64,000 nucleotides of DNA from a virus, in the IMG/VR virus record IMGVR_UViG_3300005647_000006. The stretch is one strand, 5' to 3'. Within the stretch, counting starts at the first letter, position 1; every line of letters starts with the position of its first letter. The position numbers and the translations under genes were made by a program. This document shows positions 8,839-18,312 of the stretch, piece by piece. A model generated the notes under the pieces. That model saw nothing but the letters and a program-made list of their open reading frames with translations, had not been told where the DNA came from and ran no database searches.

Positions 8839-9069
8839 GAAGTTTATGTTAATATTTTTAGCTGATAGTATAAAATGTCGAGCCAGTTCCGTTAAATCAT
8901 TATTTGTTAAGAAGAACACTTCACCGATAAAATGTTCAAGAGTTTCTGCTTCGATATAATTAATTTTTACATCATCAAAATTTTCGGAGATTGTATAAGG
9001 GTGCAGAACTTGTTTATCAGTTCTAGTTGATTGAGCTATAATCTCATTAGCTACTTTATGAATATGCAT
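8836..9069 (-). CDS. hypothetical protein
   Basis: ORF track. Confidence 0.65.
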   Translation of the reverse strand: MHIHKVANEIIAQSTRTDKQVLHPYTISENFDDVKINYIEAETLEHFIGEVFFLTNNDLTELARHFILSAKNININF

Positions 9070-9071
9070 TA

Positions 9072-9248
9072 TTATAATTCCTTATAGTCGTTTAATTCAG
9101 TGTCGATAAAATTCTTCATTTTCTTTTTGTTTTTGAAAGTTCGAATATTAAAAAATGGACTACCATCTTTGTGAGTATCGACGCCATTATGAAAATTGAC
9201 TGTGTATTTAATTTTGCCACTCATGTCGAGTGTGTAGTAAGTTTTCAT
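9072..9248 (-). CDS. hypothetical protein, 58 aa
   Basis: MKTYYTLDMSGKIKYTVNFHNGVDTHKDGSPFF; behind promoter. Confidence 0.7.
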   Translation of the reverse strand: MKTYYTLDMSGKIKYTVNFHNGVDTHKDGSPFFNIRTFKNKKKMKNFIDTELNDYKEL

Positions 9249-9260
9249 TTTGATTTTCCG

Positions 9261-9302
9261 TTGTTGTTATTATAGTTAACGGCTAAACTGGCTCGATCTT
9301 TA
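9261..9302 (-). promoter_or_regulatory. early promoter repeat
   Basis: motif copy. Confidence 0.7.
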
Positions 9303-9323
9303 ATTAATTTGATCGAGCCAGTC
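9288..9323. repeat. 12-bp perfect inverted repeat overlapping promoter
   Basis: ACTGGCTCGATC / GATCGAGCCAGT. Confidence 0.75.
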
Positions 9324-9330
9324 CACAGTT

Positions 9331-9843
9331 TTAGAATTCCCAGTTATATGAGTAAGCAGCACCGAACCAAAAATTACCAAAGCCGTTTGTAGACTTGCGA
9401 CCTTTTTCAGCCCACTTGCCATTACTTCGTAAAGTAATAGTCGTTATTGGATTGTCTGTATTGTCCGAGATAATCCATTCTTGGTGTCCCATTGGCAAAC
9501 CCTTTCTAGCAGCCTTGTGGTCCATAGCCTGTACCTTAACAGTCTTACCAGTCTCGTTAACCCAAACAACACGGTACGGATATCTGTCACCGTTGCCACC
9601 AGATGTAGCACCGTCGCCTACTTCAAATCTGTAAGGCATGTTGCCGAGTTCTTTTTTATTTTCTCGATACTTTGCTTGCTTATCTTTGCTTGGCATTTTT
9701 GCTTGCCAATCTGCAACTTCTTTTTTCTCAGCTTCAGTAGGATTTTTAGCCCAGAAACTATCTGGTCGAGCAGCATCCCAATCGTCAACCTCTTTGATTA
9801 CTTTAAGAAGTTTGTCAGCTTTTTCTTGATCAAAATATTTCAT
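9331..9843 (-). CDS. hypothetical phage protein
   Basis: VGDGAT..NGDRYPYRVV motif; follows promoter. Confidence 0.75.
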   Translation of the reverse strand: MKYFDQEKADKLLKVIKEVDDWDAARPDSFWAKNPTEAEKKEVADWQAKMPSKDKQAKYRENKKELGNMPYRFEVGDGATSGGNGDRYPYRVVWVNETGKTVKVQAMDHKAARKGLPMGHQEWIISDNTDNPITTITLRSNGKWAEKGRKSTNGFGNFWFGAAYSYNWEF

Positions 9844-9858
9844 TTTTATTTCTCTCTG

Positions 9859-9900
9859 TTGGTAGTATTATAGTTAACGGCAGAATCGAGTCGATCTTTA
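9859..9900 (-). promoter_or_regulatory. early promoter repeat
   Basis: best consensus copy. Confidence 0.75.
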
Positions 9901-10058
9901 ATTTTATTTTTAGTCTTGATTGATTTTTGTGAACTGGTATAATATGTTAACTGGTTCCGTGGAACTAGTAGGCTTTGTGAAATCCATCCCAAAGTGAACT
10001 AGTTGGAATTGTGATAGAAGTAGAATTGGGATTAAATTCACAAAGTAGATTTGCGCAC

Positions 10059-10087
10059 AAAAAAAGGGAGCCAAATTAATGACTCCC
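10059..10087 (-). terminator. intrinsic terminator
   Basis: GGGAGTCA/TGGCTCCC stem plus U7 on minus strand. Confidence 0.65.
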
Positions 10088-10124
10088 GATTCTCTAACTA
10101 CACGTACTACCAATGAGATTCTTT

Positions 10125-10424
10125 TTAACTAACCGGCTTCTTAAAATATTCACCGACCTGAATGAATTCAAAAGTGCTAAGACCATAATCAAATTCGCTT
10201 ACCGAACCAATCAAGTCTGTATTCGAGTCATAAAAACTAAACTCTGCTTCATCGTGGTTATAGATAATGCGAGCGACCAATACTTCGTCTGCATCAGCAT
10301 CAACCTTCATGTATAAATGAAACTGACTGTTAGGTGTGTAATGCAATTGTCCAGCATAGGGATTGTTTCGAGTTAGTCCACCCCACCACCCTTCCCACAT
10401 ATCAAAACAACTATGTTCGCCCAT
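10125..10424 (-). CDS. hypothetical protein
   Basis: ORF track with AGGA RBS. Confidence 0.65.
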   Translation of the reverse strand: MGEHSCFDMWEGWWGGLTRNNPYAGQLHYTPNSQFHLYMKVDADADEVLVARIIYNHDEAEFSFYDSNTDLIGSVSEFDYGLSTFEFIQVGEYFKKPVS

Positions 10425-10527
10425 AATTAATTCCTGATTAAATTAATGTGCATAATATTATACATACAAATATATTGTCGTGATACACATACACTTTAGC
10501 AAATACAAATACATCGGTCATACATAT

Positions 10528-11181
10528 TCAATATTTTGGTTTAGACCAGCAATTTTTTCTCGGTGGAAAATTAATTCCTTTTGAAGTATATCCTTCACAT
10601 ATCTTACGCACTTCATATTGAGTAATTCCAAGCGCATCAGCAGCTACATTAGATGAATTATATTCAACACCATCAATATACCACCACTTTGTTCCACGCT
10701 TATTTCTATTTTGTTCTGCCATAGTAATAAAAGAACAATTGCTAGGTTCATAATTACCATCGGAATCATTCCGTTCTATGGTTAGACCTTCTTCATATCC
10801 ATTTGTCATTGCCCATTTAATAAATGAATTAATATCTTCTCTCCATTCATCACAGACAGTAATTCCACGACCACCGTAATCAGAATATGCTTTATCATTT
10901 ATATTGTAACATCGACCCAATACACCATAATAACAAACATGTATCCGTGGTTTTGTTCCTTTATAAATTAAATCTCTTTCATCTTTTAATTTTTTATTAT
11001 AGCAACCACATGATAAAATTCTATTTCGTAAAATTGCAGGAATACTTATTTCCTTTTCCTCACCACAATCACAACGACAGAGTGCATGGCGTTCATACTT
11101 TTCGGTATCAACATCATGGAGATAAGTTAATAACGTTCCCTCAAATAAATGACCTTCTATAAATTCAGCTTTGTGTGACAT
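10528..11181 (-). CDS. HNH-family homing endonuclease (paralog of 7390-8055)
   Basis: CRCDCG, RCYN..YSDYGGRGITVC.EW, LTIERND..NYEPSNC; shared C-terminus NCWSKPKY. Confidence 0.8.
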   Translation of the reverse strand: MSHKAEFIEGHLFEGTLLTYLHDVDTEKYERHALCRCDCGEEKEISIPAILRNRILSCGCYNKKLKDERDLIYKGTKPRIHVCYYGVLGRCYNINDKAYSDYGGRGITVCDEWREDINSFIKWAMTNGYEEGLTIERNDSDGNYEPSNCSFITMAEQNRNKRGTKWWYIDGVEYNSSNVAADALGITQYEVRKICEGYTSKGINFPPRKNCWSKPKY

Positions 11182-11247
11182 AATTAATTCTCAAAATCGG
11201 TGAACCAATTATGGTTCACCTCGCAGATACCATACACTACCAATGTA

Positions 11248-11964
11248 TTAGGTTAAAGCTGGAACAGCAGCACTGCCACCAACTTGCTTGTTAAGTGACA
11301 CACGATCACCAGCATCTTTGCCAGCATTGTAAGCATCAGAATCCATGACCTTAGTTCCACGAGATTTACGTGCCTTAGTCAAAGGACTGAAATGATCAGT
11401 GATTAATTGATTCTTAATAACAATTAATGATGTGCCAGTAGTCGAAGCAGCTTGTTGTTCAGCTTCACGGTCAGCTTTAATCTCATTAGATCTTTTACAC
11501 ATGCGACTAGCAAAACCAATTCTAAAAGCAAACAAAGCATCAGCACCTTTAGCACCAGTTTCTTTTTTGTATTTTTTAAGCTCCCTCGCTTGTACTTCTA
11601 ACAGGTATTCAAAAAGCATAACAGCAATTTGATCATCCCCTTGGAATCCCCTAAAGCGCATTGTGCGTTCCTTACCTTTAGTATTCATGTAAGAAACCGT
11701 ATCCGAGATATTACCAGCAGCTAATGCTAGTGCAGAATACCACTTGGGAATTGGCGATCTGAAACTCTTACCAGCGTTCACATCATTAAATTGATGATTG
11801 TCTGATTGTTGAAGTTCGGATTCAGTGAAACCATGTTTAGCCATCATCGAAGATAATCGCTTCATGGCGATGGAAGCCTCGTGCTCATTAGCTGAATCTT
11901 GGCTAAGTGCAAATAATTTTTTAGCTCTATCGAGCAGCTTTGCTCTATTCTCTGTAGCGTTCAT
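11248..11964 (-). CDS. DUF2786 domain protein
   Basis: KLLDRAKKLFALSQDSANEHEASIAMKR...MAKHG. Confidence 0.75.
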   Translation of the reverse strand: MNATENRAKLLDRAKKLFALSQDSANEHEASIAMKRLSSMMAKHGFTESELQQSDNHQFNDVNAGKSFRSPIPKWYSALALAAGNISDTVSYMNTKGKERTMRFRGFQGDDQIAVMLFEYLLEVQARELKKYKKETGAKGADALFAFRIGFASRMCKRSNEIKADREAEQQAASTTGTSLIVIKNQLITDHFSPLTKARKSRGTKVMDSDAYNAGKDAGDRVSLNKQVGGSAAVPALT

Positions 11965-11979
11965 AATTTTGTTCTCTTG

Positions 11980-12022
11980 TTGGTAGTATTATAGATAACG
12001 GCATCCTTGCCTCGTTCTTTAA
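11980..12022 (-). promoter_or_regulatory. early promoter repeat
   Basis: motif copy. Confidence 0.7.
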
Positions 12023-12041
12023 TGTCCAGTTCACATTTTTA

Positions 12042-12296
12042 TTATTTTCCAGCCAATTCAGATAATTTGAATGTCATACCAGTTTCAAGCTTACGTCTGT
12101 TTTCCACAAGTTCTTCGTGATTGGCTTTAACATCAGCCAGTGTAACAGTTTCAACTGGTGCAACTGACACATCAGCTTGACGATGAACTTTGTGCTCAAC
12201 AAGATACTTTGCAATCTCAAAAGCTTCATCCTGTGTCTCACAATAATAGTCAGGGTACTTTACTGTACCTTGAATGAATACTGCATATAGTTTCAT
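12042..12296 (-). CDS. hypothetical protein
   Basis: trimmed to MKLYAVF with GGA RBS. Confidence 0.65.
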   Translation of the reverse strand: MKLYAVFIQGTVKYPDYYCETQDEAFEIAKYLVEHKVHRQADVSVAPVETVTLADVKANHEELVENRRKLETGMTFKLSELAGK

Positions 12297-12297
12297 T

Positions 12298-12498
12298 TTA
12301 ATTTTCCTTTTTTCTAACATCAAAAATTTGAACTTCGCTAATTCTAGCATCATTAAAATCAACCAAGCCGTTTTGTTTTGCCCATGACAAAACTTCGGTA
12401 GCACTAGTTTGATCAACTGAATCTGGTATTGTTGATTCATCTATTTCAAGATTATAATCAAAAACACGGGCAACAATCGTAAGACTAAGTTTAGCCAT
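12298..12498 (-). CDS. hypothetical protein
   Basis: trimmed to MAKLSL. Confidence 0.65.
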   Translation of the reverse strand: MAKLSLTIVARVFDYNLEIDESTIPDSVDQTSATEVLSWAKQNGLVDFNDARISEVQIFDVRKKEN

Positions 12499-13076
12499 TA
12501 TAGCTCCCTGTAGTAAACACAAAAAGCTATTTCAAATTGACCAACGCCATTGAGCTGAAACAGAACATCAATGTCAGTATCAAACTGTTCACGTAGCTTC
12601 TCAGAGATTTGTTCTGGGCTATCGTCACGACCATACCAGCCAGAAGCATAATCATCTTCGACTAGAACAAAACCTTCATCAGTGATATCAGATTCTGCAA
12701 TGCGTGAAGGTAATGCACAACGATGATTGTTCATCATAGCTTCAACCCACTCGGATGCATCATCATCAGGAGTTAAGATTTCACCATCTTCAGTAAAATG
12801 AATAGCACACTGCCACGAGTAACTGTCAGGAGATGTTCTATAACACTTGTCATGTTCCCAAGCTATCTGCCATTCATCGTAAAATTCGAGTGAGAAACCA
12901 GCTTCTTCAAGATAGTTTGAAAGGCGCTCAGACATTCCGTTTAAGTCACCAATGATTACGCCCTTGTCTGTAGAGTAACCTTCTTCACCGTATGAACCAA
13001 CCAACTGTAAATCATGTGGTTGATTTTCGTTGATGTAATTAATAATAGTATTAGTTCTGGCTTCTGTAACGTTCAT
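12498..13076 (-). CDS. hypothetical acidic phage protein
   Basis: 192 aa; CYRTSPDSYSW motif. Confidence 0.75.
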   Translation of the reverse strand: MNVTEARTNTIINYINENQPHDLQLVGSYGEEGYSTDKGVIIGDLNGMSERLSNYLEEAGFSLEFYDEWQIAWEHDKCYRTSPDSYSWQCAIHFTEDGEILTPDDDASEWVEAMMNNHRCALPSRIAESDITDEGFVLVEDDYASGWYGRDDSPEQISEKLREQFDTDIDVLFQLNGVGQFEIAFCVYYREL

Positions 13077-13091
13077 AATTTTATTCTCTTG

Positions 13092-13133
13092 TTGGTAGTA
13101 TTATAGGTAACGGCATCCTTGCCTCGATCTTTA
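13092..13133 (-). promoter_or_regulatory. early promoter repeat
   Basis: motif copy. Confidence 0.75.
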
Positions 13134-13367
13134 GATTAAATGTGCGACAGAGTTAACCCATTCAAGTTCTTCTTCATAATCATCGTCAAGGTAATCAGAG
13201 TCAGTCCATAATTGTCTAACGCTATTACCTCGGATAGAGAAATGATCTTCGTCTTGCTCAGTACCTTTTTCGAATATCACCCACTCACCTTGAAACGCAT
13301 CCAGAACATCAATGCGAGATTTGTGAGCTACTTTTCTGTAGTCAGAATATTTTGTTATAGTTCTCAT
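13131..13367 (-). CDS. hypothetical protein
   Basis: between promoter copies. Confidence 0.7.
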   Translation of the reverse strand: MRTITKYSDYRKVAHKSRIDVLDAFQGEWVIFEKGTEQDEDHFSIRGNSVRQLWTDSDYLDDDYEEELEWVNSVAHLI

Positions 13368-13380
13368 TTTAATTTCCTTG

Positions 13381-13422
13381 TTGGTAGTATTATAGTTAAC
13401 GGCATCCTTACCTCGATCTTTA
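13381..13422 (-). promoter_or_regulatory. early promoter repeat
   Basis: motif copy. Confidence 0.75.
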
Positions 13423-13424
13423 AT

Positions 13425-13835
13425 TTAACTTGTAATTAATTTGTGCTTCGTCGCAAAATCTTTCATTTCTGTTTTATAATGCTCAATAAACCAATCGTCT
13501 GATTTGTTGTTCTCTCTCATATTGACTGCCAATTGATCGTGCACCATTTGTAACTGCTCAACAAAACTGATCACATCAATATTTGGCACTGGAATTTCAC
13601 AAGAATCATCATCATTAATTGCTTCTGAGAGAGATTCAAAATCAACAACATAATCAGCTTCCTGAATAATTGCAAAATCACGCATTTCATCAGTCATACA
13701 ATGCGAAGCTGCACACCGCTTACCATCTTCATTTTGATAAGTGCAACCATCAAAACCCATTGCTGGACCGCCTTGTGCAACGACACCTACAAGTGCTAGG
13801 TTAAATAATTCTTGTTTATTATTGGTTAATAACAT
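13425..13835 (-). CDS. hypothetical phage protein
   Basis: CTYQNEDGKRCA...LQMVHD motif. Confidence 0.7.
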   Translation of the reverse strand: MLLTNNKQELFNLALVGVVAQGGPAMGFDGCTYQNEDGKRCAASHCMTDEMRDFAIIQEADYVVDFESLSEAINDDDSCEIPVPNIDVISFVEQLQMVHDQLAVNMRENNKSDDWFIEHYKTEMKDFATKHKLITS

Positions 13836-13844
13836 TTTAATTCC

Positions 13845-14084
13845 TTAGTTGCTAGTCTTAAATTTAATACCACGCAGCGCATTAAATCGCTTCTCATTTT
13901 CTGATGGTGAACCCTGTTCGTGTTGGACTAACATAGAGCCACCTTTAGTGAATCCTATCCAACGTGCTTTTCTGTTGTTAGCACCACAGACAACATACTG
14001 GCCCGTTTGTAATTTTAATTCGCCCCGAAGTAGCTTATCTTCAATGCCATCTTCCCAAAGATTAATTGTCTTTTGAAATTTCAT
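13845..14084 (-). CDS. hypothetical protein
   Basis: ORF behind promoter. Confidence 0.7.
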   Translation of the reverse strand: MKFQKTINLWEDGIEDKLLRGELKLQTGQYVVCGANNRKARWIGFTKGGSMLVQHEQGSPSENEKRFNALRGIKFKTSN

Positions 14085-14103
14085 TTTAATTCCTTAATTT
14101 GTT

Positions 14104-14145
14104 TTGGTAGTATTATAGGTAACGGCATCCTTGCCTCGATCTTTA
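14104..14145 (-). promoter_or_regulatory. early promoter repeat
   Basis: motif copy. Confidence 0.75.
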
Positions 14146-14165
14146 ATTAATTTGCGTGACCTAGC

Positions 14166-14654
14166 TCAAAAATCATGTTTGAATAAGTATTCCAGTGTAT
14201 CAACCTGCAACCGACGATAAAGCCAGTCTATGTCCATTTCATTCAAGTCAATAAAATTGTCGTCGTCATCGTAAAATGAAAACTCACTCACAGACATTCG
14301 ACCATTGTTGACTTCAAAAAGAAATCGTTGAACCGCTTTGGCTGGCATTCGTATTTCGTTGACTGGACTTAATGTCAGACCACGCTCTTTAGCACCAGTC
14401 TGAACTTCCATTGATTTTCTAAGAATCGAACCAGCCATAGCTGCAATATTATGTTCGTTCTTGCTTATCATCTTAGCAGCGGTTTCATTTGTTGATGCTA
14501 CTGTTGATAGTGCTTCATTAATTTCAACGAAACTTTTAAGTTGAATTAATTTTTTGTTAATTTTGTTTCCCATTATAGTGTCCTGTAATTTCTCATTGAT
14601 CTTTTCCATTGCTGGAGACAATGTGAATGTGAATTCTATTTTGTTATTACTCAT
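14166..14654 (-). CDS. hypothetical protein
   Basis: ORF track. Confidence 0.7.
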   Translation of the reverse strand: MSNNKIEFTFTLSPAMEKINEKLQDTIMGNKINKKLIQLKSFVEINEALSTVASTNETAAKMISKNEHNIAAMAGSILRKSMEVQTGAKERGLTLSPVNEIRMPAKAVQRFLFEVNNGRMSVSEFSFYDDDDNFIDLNEMDIDWLYRRLQVDTLEYLFKHDF

Positions 14655-14671
14655 TTTAATTCTCGATGTTA

Positions 14672-15109
14672 TTAAAATTTACCTACAAGTCCTTTAGTTT
14701 TCTTCACCACTGCATGTTCAAACACTGCCAGCTTACCCAACATGTCAGCAACATTCATTCCAGTTAATACGTAGTCAGTCCCACCATCCATTTCGAATCC
14801 GAACTCAACCGGCGCATAATCGAAACTTGCCAAGTGGTCGTCAGCAAAGTCTACAAAAGCATCAACCATCGCTGATGTAAGTGTCACACCCGATTCCAAC
14901 TCGATGCCATTTAAAAAAGCTTCAACTCGGACATTGGTAATAGCATTTTCTACTTGCTCGATAGAACCAGACATGCGCTCATTGATTGTTTCGATTAAAT
15001 CAACCACATTGTCATTATCTTGCGCATCTGATTGGTCCAACAATTCTCGTATCTCAACCAGTAGTTGCAGTTCCGTGAACCAATAATTTACTAATTCTGA
15101 TTTGTTCAT
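14672..15109 (-). CDS. hypothetical acidic protein
   Basis: ORF behind promoter. Confidence 0.7.
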   Translation of the reverse strand: MNKSELVNYWFTELQLLVEIRELLDQSDAQDNDNVVDLIETINERMSGSIEQVENAITNVRVEAFLNGIELESGVTLTSAMVDAFVDFADDHLASFDYAPVEFGFEMDGGTDYVLTGMNVADMLGKLAVFEHAVVKKTKGLVGKF

Positions 15110-15120
15110 TTTAATTTCCC

Positions 15121-15163
15121 GTTGTTGTTAATAGAGTTATCGGCAGATTGAACTCAATCTTTA
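15121..15163 (-). promoter_or_regulatory. early promoter repeat (degenerate)
   Basis: TAAAGATTGA..GCCGATAACTCTATT. Confidence 0.55.
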
Positions 15164-15243
15164 ACGAACTAGTTCTCAAATATTTGAATTAATTGTTGTT
15201 TGGAAATGCAGGTACAATGCATCATTCACACTTAATTTTTTTC

Positions 15244-15516
15244 TTAGCCACAGAACAACTCCATCTGCTTTGATGATTGCTCGATATCATAATTAATTTT
15301 CTGATTAATCTCACGTAGATCCAACTCAAGCATAATATCAATTTCTAGGTCACACAATGCTTCTAACTCAACATCACCCCAATGTACTTGTGCATCTTCC
15401 AGCCGCCGAATCTCAGACTCACATTCAACGTGAATTAATTCAAGCACAATACTATCAGTCGATTTAATTAATTCGAGCTTCTGTTCAGCGGTTAAATTTT
15501 TAATATCTAATTTCAT
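15244..15516 (-). CDS. hypothetical acidic protein
   Basis: ATGA-coupled to upstream gene. Confidence 0.6.
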   Translation of the reverse strand: MKLDIKNLTAEQKLELIKSTDSIVLELIHVECESEIRRLEDAQVHWGDVELEALCDLEIDIMLELDLREINQKINYDIEQSSKQMELFCG

Positions 15517-15788
15517 ATCACTTCCAAATCATTTACTTTTTTAAGTAGCTCAGAACAATTGTATTCCTTTATTATTTCGTACTTACCATCAATTAATTCT
15601 TTCATCATTGATATATCAACACCCTCACCTTCGGGGTTATTATCAATACTATCTCTCACCGTTACCTCAAACATTTTTTTAGCAGAATCAAAATTAGTAT
15701 ATTTTCGTTCATAGCATGTCACTGTGGTTTTTTTCAAAACTTTTAATTTAGTTATCCTCCACCACTTGACTAAGTATTTTTTCTTCAT
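15513..15788 (-). CDS. family A small paralog
   Basis: ends VNDLEVI; TATAAT 6 nt before ATG. Confidence 0.7.
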   Translation of the reverse strand: MKKKYLVKWWRITKLKVLKKTTVTCYERKYTNFDSAKKMFEVTVRDSIDNNPEGEGVDISMMKELIDGKYEIIKEYNCSELLKKVNDLEVI

Positions 15789-15947
15789 GTTCGTATTATA
15801 TTCTTGATAATTAATTTTTACTGTGATATGATTAAAGAAATTAATTATTGATTTAATTCTTATGAAAGGTGAAACCCATCCAGAAGTGAACTAGACACAG
15901 AACTGATCGACATTGTGATTCATTTCAAACCCGAATCAATTTCAATT

Positions 15948-15963
15948 TGTGATTTAAATCACA
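15948..15963. promoter_or_regulatory. CRP-type box
   Basis: TGTGA-TTTAAA-TCACA perfect match. Confidence 0.55.
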
Positions 15964-16578
15964 ATTCTAATTCCATCAAAAAATGAACCAATCAAGGTTG
16001 TGATCGACTTCGAAACATCTACTATATCATATTGTGATCATATTAGAATTAAATAGATAGGTCAGATGAATTAACTATCGGAAAATCTCATCTGACCATC
16101 TCTAAGCATCCAACCAGATAGAAGGATAAGTAAGGGAAGCTGGCTGCAACCAACAAGAGTAGAATGAACATGACGAACAACCAACTTCCGCGAACGAGAA
16201 TTAAAAGGATTGCCCCCGTATACCTAAAGGGCATATATCCAGTATGCAAGTACCTTATACCAACCTAAACAACGGGAAGAAGCTATGGTTGGTGACAGCA
16301 TATGCAATCACAGCAGTGACCTTCGGTTGACACAGCTACTGCGATTAAAGTTACTATACCACGACTTGAACTAAATGATGAGAATTAATTCACATAATTA
16401 ATTATTGGTTCGTATACAGTACGTATGATACACTATACGGTTCATATACGATACACTTTCGAGTTACAAATACATAATTGGTTTTGCAGCTACATATCTC
16501 GATTTATATACAATTATATATATTTGATACAGTTTGATCTATAGTTACATATAATTAATTATATGGTATGATTGATTT

Positions 16579-16827
16579 ATGAACGATACAAATACAGATA
16601 TTAGTTACTGGGAAGTTTGGCATTATGACGCCAAAGGCGATTACTATGAATATGATGTGATTGAGTGTTATGGAGAGGCAATGGATTATATTGACAGCTT
16701 TAATGATCCACTGGTGGGAAAACTGGAACTACATGAAGTGCGAGAATATGATGAAGGGAGTGATTCAAAAATCATATATGAGATTAATCCATTTGAAGAT
16801 CATATGAAAGGAATGGAGAATTTATGA
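16579..16827 (+). CDS. family A small paralog
   Basis: ends MKGMENL. Confidence 0.7.
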   Translation: MNDTNTDISYWEVWHYDAKGDYYEYDVIECYGEAMDYIDSFNDPLVGKLELHEVREYDEGSDSKIIYEINPFEDHMKGMENL

Positions 16828-16834
16828 TTGATTT

Positions 16835-16863
16835 TTGACTGATTGATCACAGTGTGCTACAGT
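16835..16863 (+). promoter_or_regulatory. sigma70-type promoter
   Basis: TTGACT-17-TACAGT, ATG 8 nt downstream. Confidence 0.6.
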
Positions 16864-16871
16864 AGCAAGTT

Positions 16872-17426
16872 ATGAAAGAATATAAAGTTTACGGCATGAA
16901 GTATGCAGGCGAATTAATTTACGTTGGCAAGTCTTATGAATATGAAAACCGATTGAGTAAACACAAACATGCTGGAATCAACTACAATCCAGATAGCAAA
17001 CGTCCTTACTACAGATCATTAATTGCTTATTTAATTTTCTTAGCTGGTTTCGAAAATATCGAACATTTCATTTTCGAAGAAGGACTTACTGAGAAAGAAG
17101 CAGACATCAGGGAATTTGAATTAATTGAAGAACACAAACCTGTGTGCAACTGGAACACTGGTGGGAAGGGTAAAGGCAAGAAAATGTCTAAGGCTTGGTA
17201 TGATAAAGCTAAACGTTCAACGAAAACAAGACAGAAAATAGGCAAGGCTAATAGAGGAAGCAAATCAGGTAATGCTATATTAAACGAAGAATTGGCGATG
17301 GAGATATTTAATGCATCAGGAACACAACAGTCAATTGCAGAGCGATATGGAGTTGAAAGATCAAGAGTAAGTAAGATTAAAAACAAAAAAATATGGAAGC
17401 ATATTCACGACGATGTAAAGGTGTGA
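16872..17426 (+). CDS. GIY-YIG homing endonuclease with C-terminal HTH
   Basis: VYGMK..ELIYVGKS..R...H; E..LIE...N; QQSIAERYGV. Confidence 0.8.
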   Translation: MKEYKVYGMKYAGELIYVGKSYEYENRLSKHKHAGINYNPDSKRPYYRSLIAYLIFLAGFENIEHFIFEEGLTEKEADIREFELIEEHKPVCNWNTGGKGKGKKMSKAWYDKAKRSTKTRQKIGKANRGSKSGNAILNEELAMEIFNASGTQQSIAERYGVERSRVSKIKNKKIWKHIHDDVKV

Positions 17427-18312
17427 TTGATTTATTAACTCCACCCGAAAGTGAAACAGACCCTGATGCCAACTCTATCCCAATGTGATGAACCAATCAT
17501 TATTTAATTATCGTTTATGAGAGTCTCATCACAATGTAGATCATATCACAAAATCAATAAAAATTTAATTATCGTTTATGCGAAGTCCATCACGATTCGA
17601 ACTGTGTCATATTATGATTGATTTGGCTTTTTGATAGTCATCTCATTGTCTAACAGTTCAAATTGCGAACCAATCATCATTGTGATGGTATAGACAGTTT
17701 GAACATTTTGATTGTTTTGGGAGCTGGATCACTTTGAGATGATTATCACAGTTTGAACCGTGTATGGTTGTGATTGGTTCGACACTTTGCGTTCGGTCGC
17801 CCCATAGCATTAGAAACGTGACACAATTAATTAAATCAATCAAAAATTAATCATAATCTCCTATAGTATTAACCTTATCACAGTCCCTAAATTTTGGGGT
17901 TTTTCTCCCATAATAAAATTAATTATAAATCTTTGAAATTAATCACAATTCTCCACTATTTCCCACTATTAAACACCCTCTCTAATAGCTCCTGTAAGCG
18001 CCCCTATTAGACGCTATATATTGAGGTATATCGTTTGAGGTTGCACAATTAATGCTCTTATATACAAATACAGCTCCAATACAGTCTGATTTTACCTATA
18101 CATATACATATCTCTTATACATATTTGGTTCTTATATACATATGAGATACTATACAAATAAGCTATTACTCCATCTATTCGATATAGCCTGTTATACATA
18201 TACGAATCAATCATTTCGATTCAAATAAACTATTAGTCTTTCTATTAGTTCCTATACATATGCGCTATACAAATGAGTTGTTGTTCCCATACAAATATGC
18301 TACTCTGATAAT

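Noticed and set aside
285-15163. Dispersed 40-bp repeats as a CRISPR array
   Set aside because: Spacing is irregular (0.2-3 kb), whole genes lie between copies, and each copy has promoter geometry
17658-17843. 61-aa minus-strand ORF in the non-coding hub
   Set aside because: Overlaps the CRP-like box cluster, has no family resemblance and is probably incidental
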